A stretch of 64,000 nt of DNA from Synechococcus sp. (GTDB lineage Bacteria > Cyanobacteriota > Cyanobacteriia > PCC-6307 > Cyanobiaceae): the NCBI GenBank assembly GCA_047284725.1, contig JBJBEO010000001.1, positions 64,001 to 128,000 on the forward strand, in the 5' to 3' direction. The position numbers and the translations under genes are program-made. How positions within the stretch are numbered: position 1 is the first letter of the stretch; each line of letters begins with the position of its first letter. Below are positions 31,027 through 43,832 of the stretch, in pieces. The notes under the pieces are model-generated. The model searched no databases. It was not told the DNA's origin and saw nothing but the letters and a program-made list of their open reading frames with translations.

Positions 31027-31078
31027 GCCCTGGAAATCACGAAATCCGCCAGGGCAAACCATCAGCAGAGCTGTCAAG

Positions 31079-31768
31079 ATGGCTGCGCTGTTCGATCCCG
31101 TCGCTGTACCCGTGGAGAACCAGCCCCAAGTCGAACACAAGACGAAGCGACGGCCCCAGTTCTGGATCGGTCCGGTGGTGGCCGGTAGTTGTTTCGCTCT
31201 CGGTTTTGGGGTGACGCAGCGATTCTTGGCACTCCAGGGGGGGGAGGCGCCGACGGCTCAGCAAACCTTTGGCGCCCAGCGTTTCCCTGGGCATTCGCTT
31301 GAAAGTCTCACAACGGCTCCTGCAGACACGGAGCGACCTCTGATTGCGGATGTGGCCGCCCGTGAGGCCGAGCTTGCCAAGACCCGACCACCGAAACCCA
31401 AGAAAACAATCGACAAGGCCCAGCAAGAGGCCGCGCGTCTGGCCGATGAGGCTCGACAGCGCCGCGAGAGCACCGCTGCCCTGAGAGCTCCTGTGGTGCC
31501 CGCAGCCGCGGTGACGGTGCTCGATGAGTCTGAGAGCTTGGCTGCGCCTGAACTGCCACCGCAGGCTGAGGAAGAGCAAGCACCGACTGAGATCCAGCCG
31601 CTGCCGGCAGAGCTCCCCTTCCCTGCCCAGGATCCAGTGGCCCCGTTGGCGGTCGAACCCCTTGACGAACCTCCCGTCACCCCCGCAGCACCCATCCCGG
31701 AGGTCACCTCTGCACCGATCCCGGTTCCCTTAGCCGTGCCCGCTCCAGCGGCCCCGCCTGCTCCCTGA
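31079..31768 (+). CDS. Hypothetical membrane-anchored protein with Pro/Ala/Glu-rich tail
   Basis: One TM segment (FWIGPVVAGSCFALGFGVT), a coiled-coil-like middle and a low-complexity tail; host-like GC. Confidence 0.75.
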   Translation: MAALFDPVAVPVENQPQVEHKTKRRPQFWIGPVVAGSCFALGFGVTQRFLALQGGEAPTAQQTFGAQRFPGHSLESLTTAPADTERPLIADVAAREAELAKTRPPKPKKTIDKAQQEAARLADEARQRRESTAALRAPVVPAAAVTVLDESESLAAPELPPQAEEEQAPTEIQPLPAELPFPAQDPVAPLAVEPLDEPPVTPAAPIPEVTSAPIPVPLAVPAPAAPPAP

Positions 31769-31833
31769 CGCGCGCCCCTTCAGCATTCCTGGATTGAGAT
31801 CTGCCACAGTCGGGGCATTCCGGCAATGAGGTC

Positions 31834-32154
31834 ATGCCCTCTCCAGATGTGCTGCTCAAGGCCACGGTGAGTCGGTTGGCTGCGCGGCTGGGCCATGGCC
31901 TGGCAGAGGCTGCTGCGGAGGCCGCGGTTCTGGCACAGGATGCGCCGGAGCGGCTGCGGCGCGAATGGGACCTGTTTCAGGAAGAAGTGCAGGCTGAGGC
32001 AGAGCGCCTGCAGTACGGCGATCAGCCACCGTCGCCTGAAGCCCCTGAACCGCCGTCAGCAACGGATTCACCAACGGAGTCACCGCAACAGCAGATCGAC
32101 CGCTTGCGCGCCAAGGTGGCTGATCTCAACATCCGCCTGGACGGCACGCGCTGA
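31834..32154 (+). CDS. Hypothetical protein upstream of the ABC1 kinase
   Basis: 106-aa helical ORF whose stop overlaps the kinase start (TGATG). Confidence 0.75.
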   Translation: MPSPDVLLKATVSRLAARLGHGLAEAAAEAAVLAQDAPERLRREWDLFQEEVQAEAERLQYGDQPPSPEAPEPPSATDSPTESPQQQIDRLRAKVADLNIRLDGTR

Positions 32155-33833
32155 TGACTCTCCAGTGGCTGCGCTCGCCCCTGCGCCGTGCTTTGCGGGG
32201 CCTGCGTATCTGGCGTTCAGTCCTCACGCTGATTGTTTATCTCTGGTGGGATGGTCGTGACTGGACGTATCGCGGTGGCTGCACGCCAGCCCGGAAGATG
32301 GCTCGTCAACAACGGCGTGCCCGGTGGTTGACGGCCGAATTGCTGGGGCTTGGTTCCGCCTTCATCAAGCTTGGACAGCTGCTCTCGGCTCGGCCTGATG
32401 TGCTGCCTGCCGGGTGGGTGAGTGAACTTGCTGCTCTGCAAGACAGGGTTCCCCCTTTCTCCTTCGATCGAGCCCAGGCGTTGCTGGAAGAGGAGCTGGG
32501 CCAGCGTTGTGCCGAGATCATCGACCTTGATCAGGAGCCCCTTGGTGCAGCATCGCTGGCTCAGGTGCACAGGGCGCGCCTGAGAAGTGGACGCCAGGTA
32601 GTGCTCAAGATTCAGCGGCCTGGTCTCGAAAAGCTGTTCCGCCTCGACCTTGAAGTGATGCAGCAGGTGGCTGCCGTGCTCCAGCGTCACCCCAGTTGGG
32701 GGCGTGGGCGTGACTGGGTGGCGATGGCCCAGGAATGTCGTCGGGTGTTGTTGCGGGAGCTTGATTTCCGCATGGAGGCGCAATACGCGGCCCGTTTCCG
32801 TCAGCAGTTCCTGGATGAGCCCCGTGTTCGTGTGCCAGGAGTGATCTGGGAGCTGAGCAGCCGGCGTGTGCTTTGCCTCGATTACCTGCCGGGCATCAAG
32901 GTGAATGACCGCCCAGCGCTCTTGGCAGCAGGTATCGATCCGACTGCTGTTGCGGAGATAGGTGCTGCCAGTTATCTCCAGCAACTGGTGCGGTTCGGGT
33001 TCTTTCATGCCGATCCTCATCCCGGCAATCTGGCTGTTGCCAGTGATGGAGCGCTCATCTACTACGACTTCGGGATGATGGGATTGCTGTCGGAGGGGTT
33101 GCGACGCCGGCTCGGTTCGATGGTGCGGGCTGCGGCCGCCCGTGATGCGGCAGGGCTCGTGTCGGAGATGCAGGCGGCCGGTGTGATCGCTGCCGACATC
33201 GATGTGGGGCCCGTGCGTCGCTTGGTGCGCGTGATGCTCAAGGAGGCCCTCACCCCTCCCTTCAGTTCGAACGTGATCGACAAGCTATCCGGAGACCTCT
33301 ACGAGCTCGTGTATGGCCAGCCGTTTCGCTTGCCCGTGGAACTGATCTTCGTGATGAGGGCGCTGTCCACGTTCGAGGGGGTGGGCCGCAGCCTGGATCC
33401 CGGCTTTAGCCTGGTGGGTATCGCCAAGCCCTACCTGCTGCCTCTGATGACCGCCAGTGGATCCAGCTCCAATGACCTGTTCAATGAGCTGGGTCGCCAG
33501 GTGGGAGCCCTGGGGAGCAAAGCCGTTGGCATCCCTCGGCGACTGGATGAAAGCCTGGAGCGGCTGGAGCAGGGGGATCTGCAACTGCAGATCCGCATGG
33601 GTGAGTCTGATCGCCAGTTCAGGCGGATGGTGACGGCTCAGCACGCCCTGGGGCAATCGGTGCTGCTTGCGGCGTTGACCCTGTCGGCGGCTCTCCTGGG
33701 CGCCAGTCCCCGCCCTGTCTGGGCCTTGCTGCCTGTTGTGGCTGGCGTGCCTGTCGGCATGGGGTGGTTGAAGTCGCAACTCAAGCTGCGGCGTGATGCC
33801 CGCGTGGAGGGCTTGTCCGGTTCAGCTCGCTGA
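32154..33833 (+). CDS. AarF/ABC1/UbiB-family kinase
   Basis: FIKLGQLLSARPD, AASLAQVH, KIQRPG, FFHADPHPGN and YDFGMMG. Confidence 0.93.
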   Translation: MTLQWLRSPLRRALRGLRIWRSVLTLIVYLWWDGRDWTYRGGCTPARKMARQQRRARWLTAELLGLGSAFIKLGQLLSARPDVLPAGWVSELAALQDRVPPFSFDRAQALLEEELGQRCAEIIDLDQEPLGAASLAQVHRARLRSGRQVVLKIQRPGLEKLFRLDLEVMQQVAAVLQRHPSWGRGRDWVAMAQECRRVLLRELDFRMEAQYAARFRQQFLDEPRVRVPGVIWELSSRRVLCLDYLPGIKVNDRPALLAAGIDPTAVAEIGAASYLQQLVRFGFFHADPHPGNLAVASDGALIYYDFGMMGLLSEGLRRRLGSMVRAAAARDAAGLVSEMQAAGVIAADIDVGPVRRLVRVMLKEALTPPFSSNVIDKLSGDLYELVYGQPFRLPVELIFVMRALSTFEGVGRSLDPGFSLVGIAKPYLLPLMTASGSSSNDLFNELGRQVGALGSKAVGIPRRLDESLERLEQGDLQLQIRMGESDRQFRRMVTAQHALGQSVLLAALTLSAALLGASPRPVWALLPVVAGVPVGMGWLKSQLKLRRDARVEGLSGSAR

Positions 33834-33896
33834 AGGCGTCCATCCCACCGGACAAACGCCTCTCACCATGACCAGGGAACAACGCTGATCCAATGA

Positions 33897-35216
<1,320 letters not shown>

Positions 35217-35288
35217 CTATGGAATGCCCCCTGCAGCCCCCCTTCGCGCTTTGGCACCATGCGATGAGAACAGGCGGAACTGCAGCGC

Positions 35289-35690
35289 ATGCGCATGCTT
35301 CACACCATGCTCCGGGTGGGTGACCTGGAGCGCTCTCTGCGCTTCTACACCGAGGTGCTCGGTATGCAGCTGCTGCGGCGTAAGGACTACCCCTCCGGTC
35401 GTTTCACCCTTGCGTTTGTCGGTTACGGGCCGGAATCGGAGCAAACGGTGCTGGAGCTCACCCATAACTGGGATACCCAGGCCTACGACGTTGGAGATGG
35501 CTATGGCCACATTGCCCTGGGTGTGGAGGACATCGTTGGCACCTGTGCCGCCATTGCGGACCGGGGCGGTCGGGTCGTGCGCCAGCCCGGCCCGATGAAG
35601 CACGGCAACACGGTGATTGCGTTTGTTGAGGATCCCGATGGCTACAAAGTGGAATTGATCCAGCTTTCGTCTCGCTCGGACGCTGCTTAA
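35289..35690 (+). CDS. gloA: Lactoylglutathione lyase (glyoxalase I)
   Basis: [21 protein letters not shown] and [10 protein letters not shown]. Confidence 0.96.
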   Translation: MRMLHTMLRVGDLERSLRFYTEVLGMQLLRRKDYPSGRFTLAFVGYGPESEQTVLELTHNWDTQAYDVGDGYGHIALGVEDIVGTCAAIADRGGRVVRQPGPMKHGNTVIAFVEDPDGYKVELIQLSSRSDAA

Positions 35691-35707
35691 CCAAGGTTCA
35701 ACCCGCC

Positions 35708-38518
35708 ATGACCTCTTCGGCCCGCACCAGCGTTGAACCACCTGCCAGCCTGACGGCAGAGCCTGATCGTTTCAGTGACGACGCCTGGGAGTTATTGCTT
35801 GCAGGCCAGGATCTGGCGCGCCGCTGGCGCCATGGCGAGCTCGATGTGGAGCATCTGCTGCAGGTGCTGTTCAGCGATCGTCGTTACGGCGACCTGGTTC
35901 GTGCGCTCAGCCTTGATCCCGAGGAACTGCTGGATCGCCTGGAGGGGTTTCTCGCAGATCAGCCGATGGCTCGTGGTGATGAGTTGTTCATCGGTGACGA
36001 TCTCGAAGACCTGCTGGAGCAGGCGGATCGCCAGCGTGCGCTTTGGGGTTCTCGCCTGATCGAGGTCTCCCATGTGCTGATGGCCATGGGGCGGGATCCA
36101 CGCCTGGGGGCGGAGTTGTTTGAGCGCCTCGGGTTGCCGGCGGATCGTCTCGAGGCGGAGGTGAGGCAGTGGCGCCCGGCGCAGAGGGCCTCCGTGGAGC
36201 AGAGAGCCGCGGGGTCTGCCCAGGTCGCGGAAGAGCCGAGGCAACCGACTTCGCAGGAGATCAAGCGACGTCGTGGATCTCGCCTCGCCCCAGAGCCGTC
36301 TATGCCGGGGGCTGAGCGCCCCAGAATTACGCCCCAGCCCGCTGATGCAGCACCACCGGACACGGTTCCTGAGGCGGAGCCGATGGCCCTCGATCTTTAC
36401 GGCCGCGATCTGACCGCAGCAGCAGCGGCCGGCACGTTGGATCCGGTCATCGGCCGCGACAGCGAAATTCGCCGTCTGATTAAGGTGCTGTCGCGCCGTG
36501 GCAAGAACAACCCTGTCTTGATCGGTGCTCCGGGTGTGGGTAAAACCGCGATCGCCGAATTGCTGGCCCAGCGGATCGTGGCTGGTGAGGTGCCGGAGTC
36601 GTTGCAAGGGCTGCGCTTGGTGGCGTTGGATGTGGGGGCGTTGATCGCCGGCGCCAAGTTCCGCGGTCAGTTTGAGGAGCGCTTGCGGGCGGTGCTGGCG
36701 GAGGTGAGTGATCCCGATGCCGGTGTGGTGTTGTTCATCGATGAGCTGCACACAGTGGTGAGCAGTGATCGCTCCAGTGCGGATGCCGGCAGTCTGCTGA
36801 AGCCAGCCCTGGCGCGTGGCGATCTGCGTTGCATTGCCGCCACGACACCTGAGGACTATCGCCGCACCGTGGAGAAAGATCCGGCCCTGCATCGGCGCTT
36901 CCAGCAGGTGCCGATCCTTGAACCTTCCCTCGAGCTCAGTGTCGAGATCCTGCGGGGCCTGAAGGAGCGCTACGAGCTGCACCACGGGGTCACCATCACC
37001 GATGAGGCCGTGGTGGCCTCGATCCGGCTTGCCGATCGCTACATCAGTGATCGCTGCCTACCGGACAAGGCGATCGATCTGATCGATGAAGCGGCCGCGC
37101 AACTCAAGATGGACGTCACCTCGAAACCCCAGGTGGTGGAGGATGCTGAGGCTGAGCTTCGGCGGGTGGAGTTGGCTTTGCTGGCGTCCGAACAGGCCCC
37201 TGAGGCGGAACGGATTCAGCTGCAGCGTTCAAGGCTTGAGGCCTCGAATCGCCTGGAGGATCTGCGCGAGCGGTGGCAGGCGGAACGGGATCAGCTGTCG
37301 GAACTGCGTCAGTTGCTGCAAGACGATGAGGATCTGCGCCACGCGATGGCGGAAGCAGAGCGCGGTGGTGACCTCGAGGAAGCCGCACGCCTGGAGTACG
37401 ACCAGCTGCATCGGGTGCAGCAGCGACGCAGCGATCTGGAGCAGACCCTGGCGGAGGCGCAGTCGTCTGGCACGGCCTTACTGCGTGAGCAGGTGGAGGC
37501 AGGAGATATCGCTGATGTGGTCGCTCGATGGACCGGGATTCCCGTTCAGCGTCTGATGGCGGGGGAACGCCAGAAGCTGCTGGATCTGGAGGCGCATCTG
37601 GGTGAGCGGGTGATCGGTCAGCCGGAAGCGGTGCAGGCGGTGGCAGCGGCCATTCGACGTGCACGGGCCGGGATGAAGGATCCGCGCCGACCTGTGGGCT
37701 CTTTTCTGTTCCTGGGACCCACCGGGGTCGGCAAGACCGAACTGGCGAAAGCGCTGGCTGCCCTGCTCTTCGACGAGGAGGAGGCGTTGGTGCGCCTCGA
37801 CATGAGCGAATTCATGGAGCGCAATGCCGTGGCCCGTTTGCTGGGTGCGCCGCCTGGCTATGTGGGTTACGAGGAAGGGGGCCAGCTCACCGAGGCGGTG
37901 CGTCGTCGTCCCTATGCGCTGCTGCTGCTGGATGAGGTGGAGAAGGCTCACCCCGATGTGTTCAATGTGTTGCTGCAGGTGCTCGACGACGGTCGCCTCA
38001 CTGACTCGCAGGGCCGCACTGTCGATTTCCGCCACACGGTGGTGGTGATGACCAGCAACCTCGCCAGTCGCGCTATTCTGGACAGCGCGCGCCAGCGCCA
38101 GCAAGAAGGGGCTGATGCTCAGGCACTGGAGGCCACGCTCACAGCTCAGGTGGATGAGGCCCTTGGCCGGCAGTTCCGCCCGGAATTTCTCAATCGGATC
38201 GATGAGGTGATTCGCTTCCGTCCATTGGCTGTGGACGATCTCGTACGCATCGTTCGTCTGCAGCTCAAGGATCTCTCGACCTTGATGGCGGAGCAGGGGC
38301 TGGAGCTTGCGGTGGATCCTCCTGTCGTACGTGCGTTGGCCGAACTGGGGCATGAGCCGGAGTACGGGGCCCGCCCCCTGCGCCGCGTTCTGCGTCGGCA
38401 TCTGGAGAACCCCTTGGCGACGGAATTGCTGGAGGAGCGTTTCAGCGGTGCGCAGGTGGTGCGGATCAGTGCCGGTGAGAGCAGCGCTGATCCGTTCCGA
38501 TTTACGGCAGAGTCTTGA
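35708..38518 (+). CDS. clpB: ClpB-family AAA+ chaperone (ClpB2-like)
   Basis: Two NBDs (GAPGVGKT and GPTGVGKT), a middle coiled coil, GYVGYEEGG and YGARPL. Confidence 0.92.
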   Translation: MTSSARTSVEPPASLTAEPDRFSDDAWELLLAGQDLARRWRHGELDVEHLLQVLFSDRRYGDLVRALSLDPEELLDRLEGFLADQPMARGDELFIGDDLEDLLEQADRQRALWGSRLIEVSHVLMAMGRDPRLGAELFERLGLPADRLEAEVRQWRPAQRASVEQRAAGSAQVAEEPRQPTSQEIKRRRGSRLAPEPSMPGAERPRITPQPADAAPPDTVPEAEPMALDLYGRDLTAAAAAGTLDPVIGRDSEIRRLIKVLSRRGKNNPVLIGAPGVGKTAIAELLAQRIVAGEVPESLQGLRLVALDVGALIAGAKFRGQFEERLRAVLAEVSDPDAGVVLFIDELHTVVSSDRSSADAGSLLKPALARGDLRCIAATTPEDYRRTVEKDPALHRRFQQVPILEPSLELSVEILRGLKERYELHHGVTITDEAVVASIRLADRYISDRCLPDKAIDLIDEAAAQLKMDVTSKPQVVEDAEAELRRVELALLASEQAPEAERIQLQRSRLEASNRLEDLRERWQAERDQLSELRQLLQDDEDLRHAMAEAERGGDLEEAARLEYDQLHRVQQRRSDLEQTLAEAQSSGTALLREQVEAGDIADVVARWTGIPVQRLMAGERQKLLDLEAHLGERVIGQPEAVQAVAAAIRRARAGMKDPRRPVGSFLFLGPTGVGKTELAKALAALLFDEEEALVRLDMSEFMERNAVARLLGAPPGYVGYEEGGQLTEAVRRRPYALLLLDEVEKAHPDVFNVLLQVLDDGRLTDSQGRTVDFRHTVVVMTSNLASRAILDSARQRQQEGADAQALEATLTAQVDEALGRQFRPEFLNRIDEVIRFRPLAVDDLVRIVRLQLKDLSTLMAEQGLELAVDPPVVRALAELGHEPEYGARPLRRVLRRHLENPLATELLEERFSGAQVVRISAGESSADPFRFTAES

Positions 38519-38594
38519 CGAGAGAGGCATCCGGTAAGGTGTCTGTTTGCCGGCAGGTGCTTCTCACACCGGCGTCAGCACCGGCCCCCGATTC

Positions 38595-38834
38595 GTGACC
38601 ACCCCCACTTCCGAGGACACAACAGCGACCACACCGCAGGAACCTTCTGGCGACAGCCGCAAGGGTGGATTTGTGGCTGCCACGTTGGCAGAGCTCAAGC
38701 TCGTGGTTTGGCCCACCCGCCAGCAGTTGTTCAGCGAATCCATCGCTGTGATCCTGATGGTGAGTCTGTCGGCGGCGGCGATTGCCTCGGTCAGTCGTTT
38801 CTTCAGCTGGTCTTCAGCTCAGGTCTTCCGGTGA
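38595..38834 (+). CDS. secE: Preprotein translocase subunit SecE
   Basis: ELKLVVWPTRQQL followed by a TM segment; directly upstream of nusG. Start GTG 38595. Confidence 0.93.
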   Translation: MTTPTSEDTTATTPQEPSGDSRKGGFVAATLAELKLVVWPTRQQLFSESIAVILMVSLSAAAIASVSRFFSWSSAQVFR

Positions 38835-38896
38835 TCAGCGTTTCTTCGTGTCTGATTGCCTGATGTTGCGCTCTTCTCCTTTTTTCTGCTTCGCCC

Positions 38897-39556
38897 GTGT
38901 CTGACGTCGATCTCACTGCCCAAAGCTCCGAGGTGCTGGATCTGCCCGCTCCCAATGAGGGTGAGGAGGGTACGGCGTCTCAGGCACGCACATCCGTCGC
39001 CCGTTGGTATGCCGTGCAGGTGGCCTCCAGTTGTGAGAAAAAAGTGAAGGCCACCCTCGAGCAGCGGGCGGTGACGCTTGGTGTGAGCAATCGCATTCTC
39101 GAGATTGAGATCCCCGAAACCCCGGCAGTGAAGATCAAGAAGGACGGCAGCCGTCAATCCACGGAAGAGAAGGTTTTCCCCGGCTACGTGTTGGTGCGGA
39201 TGGTGCTTGACGAAGACACGATGATGGCCGTCCGCAGCACCCCGAACGTGATCAATTTTGTCGGTGCTGAAGATCGCCGTGCCACCGGTAAGGCACGCGG
39301 CCACATCAAACCGAGGCCTCTCAGCCGTTCGGAGGTGGACCGCATCTTCAAGCGCGCTGCCGAGAAGAAGACTGTGGTCAAGGTGGATCTCACCGAGGGC
39401 GATCAGATCCTGGTGACGGCAGGCCCGTTCAAGGATTTCCAGGGAGAGGTTATCGAAGTCTCCGGCGAGCGCAGCAAGCTCAAAGCCTTGCTTTCGATCT
39501 TTGGCCGGGAAACCCCGGTCGAACTCGAGTTCTCTCAAGTCAGCAAACAAGGCTGA
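38897..39556 (+). CDS. nusG: Transcription termination/antitermination factor NusG
   Basis: WYAVQV, FPGYVLV and a KOW domain (GPFKDF...IFGRETPVEL). Confidence 0.97.
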   Translation: MSDVDLTAQSSEVLDLPAPNEGEEGTASQARTSVARWYAVQVASSCEKKVKATLEQRAVTLGVSNRILEIEIPETPAVKIKKDGSRQSTEEKVFPGYVLVRMVLDEDTMMAVRSTPNVINFVGAEDRRATGKARGHIKPRPLSRSEVDRIFKRAAEKKTVVKVDLTEGDQILVTAGPFKDFQGEVIEVSGERSKLKALLSIFGRETPVELEFSQVSKQG

Positions 39557-39665
39557 TTCAGCGGCGGCCGTCTCCCTGTGGAGGGCGGCCTGAGGGATGG
39601 CTCTCCATCTCGCCGCGCCTGCCCTAAGGGTCAGGTGATCCGCAGCTGTCCAACCCTGCTAGCCG

Positions 39666-40091
39666 ATGGCCAAGAAAGTCGTAGCTGTGATCAAGCTGGC
39701 CCTTCAGGCCGGCAAAGCCAACCCTGCACCGCCCGTGGGCCCTGCCCTCGGTCAGCACGGGGTCAACATCATGGCGTTCTGCAAGGAATACAACGCCCGC
39801 ACGCAGGACAAGGCTGGGTTCGTGATCCCGGTGGAGATCTCGGTCTTTGAAGACCGCAGCTTCACCTTCATCACCAAGACGCCTCCGGCGTCGGTGCTGA
39901 TCACCAAAGCCGCTGGAATCGCCAAAGGTTCCGGTGAGTCCGCCAAGGGAAGCGTTGGTTCCATCAACCGCGCCCAGCTCGAGGAAATCGCCAAGACCAA
40001 GCTGCCCGATCTCAACTGCACCAGCGTTGAGTCGGCCATGCGCATCATCGAAGGCACCGCCCGCAACATGGGCGTCGCCATCAGCGACTGA
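39666..40091 (+). CDS. rplK: 50S ribosomal protein L11
   Basis: [30 protein letters not shown]. Confidence 0.98.
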   Translation: MAKKVVAVIKLALQAGKANPAPPVGPALGQHGVNIMAFCKEYNARTQDKAGFVIPVEISVFEDRSFTFITKTPPASVLITKAAGIAKGSGESAKGSVGSINRAQLEEIAKTKLPDLNCTSVESAMRIIEGTARNMGVAISD

Positions 40092-40134
40092 CGCGCGCAG
40101 CGTCACAGCGTTTTCCGCATTCCGTTCACCCCAT

Positions 40135-40166
40135 TGGGGGAGACCGTTCCGGTCGCCTGAACCCCA
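40135..40166 (+). promoter_or_regulatory. Putative L1-binding autoregulatory RNA element upstream of rplA
   Basis: GGGGGAG-ACCG-TTC-CGGT-CGCCTGAA-CCCC forms a stem with an asymmetric internal loop, like known L1 mRNA targets. Confidence 0.55.
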
Positions 40167-40175
40167 CCCCTGACT

Positions 40176-40883
40176 ATGCCCAAACTCTCCAAGCGTCTGG
40201 CCAGCCTCGTCAGCAAGATCGAGGACCGTGCCTACGAACCCCTTGACGCCATCAAGATCGTCAAGGACAACGCGAACGCCAAGTTCGACGAAACGATCGA
40301 AGCGCATGCCCGCCTCGGCATTGATCCCAAGTACACCGACCAGCAGCTGCGCACCACGGTGGCTCTGCCTGAAGGCACTGGTCAAACCGTCCGGATCGCG
40401 GTGGTTGCCCGCGGTGAAAAGGTGGCTGAGGCCAAAGCCGCTGGCGCTGAACTCGCTGGTGATGATGACCTGGTGGAGACCATCGCCAAGGGCGACATGG
40501 ATTTCGACCTGCTGATCGCCACCCCCGACATGATGCCCAAGGTGGCCAAGCTGGGCCGGGTGCTCGGCCCCCGCGGCTTGATGCCGAACCCCAAGGCAGG
40601 CACCGTGACCACCGATCTTGCAGCAGCCATCAAGGAATTCAAGGCCGGAAAACTTGAATTCCGTGCTGATCGCACCGGCATCGTTCACGTGCGTTTCGGC
40701 AAGGCCAGCTTCTCGGCTGAGGCGCTGCTGACCAACCTCAAAACCCTGCAGGAAACCATCGACCGCAACAAGCCCTCCGGTGCGAAAGGTCGTTACTGGA
40801 AGAGCCTGTATGTGACCTCCACCATGGGTCCATCGGTGGAAGTTGACATCTCCGCCCTCCAGGGCATCGACCAAGAAGGCTGA
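40176..40883 (+). CDS. rplA: 50S ribosomal protein L1
   Basis: [23 protein letters not shown] and STMGP. Confidence 0.98.
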   Translation: MPKLSKRLASLVSKIEDRAYEPLDAIKIVKDNANAKFDETIEAHARLGIDPKYTDQQLRTTVALPEGTGQTVRIAVVARGEKVAEAKAAGAELAGDDDLVETIAKGDMDFDLLIATPDMMPKVAKLGRVLGPRGLMPNPKAGTVTTDLAAAIKEFKAGKLEFRADRTGIVHVRFGKASFSAEALLTNLKTLQETIDRNKPSGAKGRYWKSLYVTSTMGPSVEVDISALQGIDQEG

Positions 40884-41000
40884 TCTTCCGCATGGATGGG
40901 TGCCGCTCCCGCAGCGGCTCCATCACAGGCCTTCCCTTTGCGGGGAAGGCTTTGTTGTAGGTTGAAAGACTGGCGAAAGCCAGACGGGCATGCGCCCGGC

Positions 41001-41070
41001 CCAAGACAGCAGGTCGTCGCTGAATTGGAACCTTCGGTTTCGCTCAGTTGACATAAGCCCTGCCGAGGCA
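41001..41070 (+). promoter_or_regulatory. Ribosomal protein L10 leader
   Basis: CCAAGACAGCAGG...TAAGCCCTGCCGAGG pattern in the rplA-rplJ intergenic region. Confidence 0.75.
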
Positions 41071-41180
41071 GACGCAACGATTTCTCCCTTTGGGATTGGA
41101 TCGGCACGCGGCCTCGTCTCCGTCAGGAGATTTGATCGGCCGTATGCCCAGCTTGTTCCCCTCGATCCGATCCAATTCCT

Positions 41181-41708
41181 ATGGGCCGCACGCTGGAGAG
41201 CAAGCAACAGATCGTCGAAGAGCTCAAGCAGCTCCTTGGCGAGGCCGAAATGGCACTGGTCCTGGATTACCAGGGTCTTTCCATCAAGGAGATGTCTGAT
41301 CTGCGGACGCGTCTGCAGGCCAGCAACGGTGTGTGCAAGGTGACCAAAAACACCTTGATGCGTCGTGCAATTGATGGCGACAGTGCTTGGTCGGAACTCG
41401 ATTCCCTGCTGACGGGGACCAACGCATTCGTTCTGGTGAAGGGCGATGTCGGTGGTGCTGTGAAGGCTGTTCAAGCCTTCCAGAAGGACACCAAGAAGTC
41501 TGAGACCAAAGGAGGCCTTTTCGAAGGCAAGCTCCTGTCTCAGTCCGAGATCAAAGCCATTGGCGACCTTCCTTCCAAGGAAGTACTCATGGCCCAGATT
41601 GCCGGTGCCGTCAACGCAGTGGCCACCAAGGTGGCTGTTGGCATCAACGAAGTTCCCTCCGGTCTCGCTCGGGCGCTCAAGCAGCACGCCGAATCCGGCG
41701 ACAGCTGA
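41181..41708 (+). CDS. rplJ: 50S ribosomal protein L10
   Basis: [17 protein letters not shown] and LPSKEVL. Confidence 0.97.
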   Translation: MGRTLESKQQIVEELKQLLGEAEMALVLDYQGLSIKEMSDLRTRLQASNGVCKVTKNTLMRRAIDGDSAWSELDSLLTGTNAFVLVKGDVGGAVKAVQAFQKDTKKSETKGGLFEGKLLSQSEIKAIGDLPSKEVLMAQIAGAVNAVATKVAVGINEVPSGLARALKQHAESGDS

Positions 41709-41755
41709 TCGTCTTCGACCCGACTGTTTTTTTGATCTGTTGCTGATTCCCAACC

Positions 41756-42145
41756 ATGTCTGCTACTACCGACCAAATTCTCGAGCAACTGAAGTCGCTC
41801 TCCCTGCTTGAAGCTTCCGAGCTTGTCAAGCAGATTGAAGAGGCTTTCGGTGTGTCCGCCGCTGCATCTGCTGGTGTGGTGATGGCTGCTCCCGGCGCCG
41901 CTGCTGGCGGTGGCGAGGCTGCTGAAGAGAAGACCGAGTTTGATGTTGTGCTGGAGAGCTTCGACGCTTCCGCCAAGATCAAGGTCCTCAAGGCCGTTCG
42001 CGAAGCCACCGGTCTGGGCCTGGGCGATGCCAAGGCTCTCGTCGAGGCTGCCCCCAAGGCTGTCAAGGAAGGCGCGTCCAAGGACGAAGCCGAAGCCCTC
42101 AAGAAGGCCATCGAAGAGGCAGGCGGCAAGGTCACCCTCAAGTGA
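41756..42145 (+). CDS. rplL: 50S ribosomal protein L7/L12
   Basis: [20 protein letters not shown] and [12 protein letters not shown]. Confidence 0.98.
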   Translation: MSATTDQILEQLKSLSLLEASELVKQIEEAFGVSAAASAGVVMAAPGAAAGGGEAAEEKTEFDVVLESFDASAKIKVLKAVREATGLGLGDAKALVEAAPKAVKEGASKDEAEALKKAIEEAGGKVTLK

Positions 42146-42188
42146 TCACCGTGTCGAAGCTCGCTTCGGCCTCTTTTCTCAGTTCCGT

Positions 42189-42221
42189 GCCGGCTGCTCC
42201 TCTGGAGACAGCCGGTTTTTT
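42189..42221 (+). terminator. Rho-independent terminator after rplL
   Basis: GCCGGCTG...CAGCCGGT followed by a T-run. Confidence 0.8.
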
Positions 42222-42245
42222 GTGGCGTGGGTGCGCTCGCCAGAG

Positions 42246-42986
42246 TCAGGGGCGGAACGGAATCACCTGCAGCCGGATTGGACCGTCACTGTTTTGATTG
42301 GTGCGACGCGAGGCCCACTGGGTTGCTTTCGGTGGCTGCGGGGCACGCAGACCAGGGCTTTTGAAGGTCAGTGTTGTCGGTCGCTCCCCGGCTCTGGCCA
42401 GCAGGGTCTCAGTGGAGTCGGCATGGGCGAAGTACACGTGGCTGAGGGTGCGGCCCTTGTAGGCCCGCCGTTCCAGATTCCAGCCGGGTTCGAGTTTGAG
42501 TTTCACAAACGCATTGCGATTGCGCACCGGCCGTTCAGCGCGGGCCACCACGATCGGCACGCCTCGGTCGGGATCCATGGCAGAGAGCTTGAGTCCCTGT
42601 TGATCGGTGTCCAGCCGCAGCCGGAAAGACGACGCCATGTCGCTGCCCGCTGTGCGCAGTGAATAGCCATTGCTGTCGAGATAGCGGCTGCAGATACCGG
42701 TGAAATCGAAGCTGTTCAGCGATGGGGTCACCAGGCCATCTCGCCGTTCTTCCCAGCACAGCGGCTTGGCCTTGATCTGCTCCAGCACCAGGAGCTTCCA
42801 GCGATTGCTCCCCACGGCCTGGGCGAGCACCGCGAAGCGATCCTGATCCAAGGGACGGCTGTCAAACAGACTGGCCGCTGCGAGGGGAATTCCGGCGGCG
42901 GCAACGGCTGAGGTGGTGATCAGCGCAAGCGCATGGCCATGCCCCAGCAGCGGCCATGGGCGGCGGTCAGGGTAGGTTCGCGGCAT
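42246..42986 (-). CDS. Secreted cyanobacterial conserved protein (DUF3747-like)
   Basis: Signal peptide; [26 protein letters not shown] and GRTLSHVYF. Confidence 0.75.
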   Translation of the reverse strand: MPRTYPDRRPWPLLGHGHALALITTSAVAAAGIPLAAASLFDSRPLDQDRFAVLAQAVGSNRWKLLVLEQIKAKPLCWEERRDGLVTPSLNSFDFTGICSRYLDSNGYSLRTAGSDMASSFRLRLDTDQQGLKLSAMDPDRGVPIVVARAERPVRNRNAFVKLKLEPGWNLERRAYKGRTLSHVYFAHADSTETLLARAGERPTTLTFKSPGLRAPQPPKATQWASRRTNQNSDGPIRLQVIPFRP

Positions 42987-43045
42987 GGCTGAAGCTCCAC
43001 CAAGGAACGAATCTGTGTTCTACCGAATCTGGCGCGGAGAGACCA

Positions 43046-43825
43046 ATGGTTGAGGGTCGGGGTCGGGTGGTGGCTGCTGCGACGGATGGTGCCTGCAGCG
43101 GCAATCCCGGCCCCGGGGGCTGGGGTGCGTTGCTGCGCTTTGAAGACGGCAGTGTGGAGGAATTCGGCGGATCAGCACCGGCCACCACGAACAACCGCAT
43201 GGAGTTGCAGGCCGCTCTGGCGGTGCTGGAGCGTCTGAAGGAGCTGCCCCGTCATCCCGATCTGCGCCTTCGAACCGATAGCAAATATCTGATCGATGGC
43301 CTTGGCTCCTGGATGAAGGGCTGGAAGCGCAAGGGGTGGAAGACGGCCGCCGGTAAGCCCGTTCTCAACCAGGATCTCTGGCAGGCCCTTGACCGTGCGC
43401 GCCTGGATGATGTGCCGTTGGCTTATGTGAAGGGGCACAGCGGTGACCCTGACAACGAGCGGGTGGATCAGATCGCCGTGGCGTTTTCCCGTGGCCAGCA
43501 GCCGGTGCCGGAACGGGGGGGCGAGTCTCAGCCGGTTGCTGGGAATGACCAGGAGGTGGAGGCTGCGTCAGATCAGCCCGTGGACGATCCGGCACCTCCC
43601 GCCCTGCAGCGCCTGCTCAGTCGTCTGGAGCTGGCTGATCGTTTGGCCCAGGGCGGTTATTCACTCACCCTGATCGAACTGGCCCAGCTGGTGGAGCAAC
43701 CGTTGGCCAAGCTTGAGCAGCGGCAGGGGATCTGGCGTTGGCGCGACTGGGAGGTGCAGCCCTTGGATGGCGAGGGGCGGTGGTGTTTGCACCGTGCCGA
43801 GGCAGGATCAACACAAACGGGATGA
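43046..43825 (+). CDS. rnhA: Ribonuclease HI with C-terminal extension
   Basis: [28 protein letters not shown] and VKGHSG..NERVD. Confidence 0.95.
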   Translation: MVEGRGRVVAAATDGACSGNPGPGGWGALLRFEDGSVEEFGGSAPATTNNRMELQAALAVLERLKELPRHPDLRLRTDSKYLIDGLGSWMKGWKRKGWKTAAGKPVLNQDLWQALDRARLDDVPLAYVKGHSGDPDNERVDQIAVAFSRGQQPVPERGGESQPVAGNDQEVEAASDQPVDDPAPPALQRLLSRLELADRLAQGGYSLTLIELAQLVEQPLAKLEQRQGIWRWRDWEVQPLDGEGRWCLHRAEAGSTQTG

Positions 43826-43832
43826 GGCCGGT

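Noticed and set aside
30900..31078. Searched for a tRNA or tRNA fragment as the island's att site
   Set aside because: No T-loop/CCA cloverleaf seen; the duplicated sequence is the argJ tail instead.
35792..38530. 397-aa and 350-aa minus-strand ORFs antisense to clpB
   Set aside because: Antisense shadow frames of a well-supported gene.
39624..41753. 416-aa and 276-aa ORFs antisense to rplK-rplA-rplJ
   Set aside because: Shadow ORFs of highly biased ribosomal protein genes.
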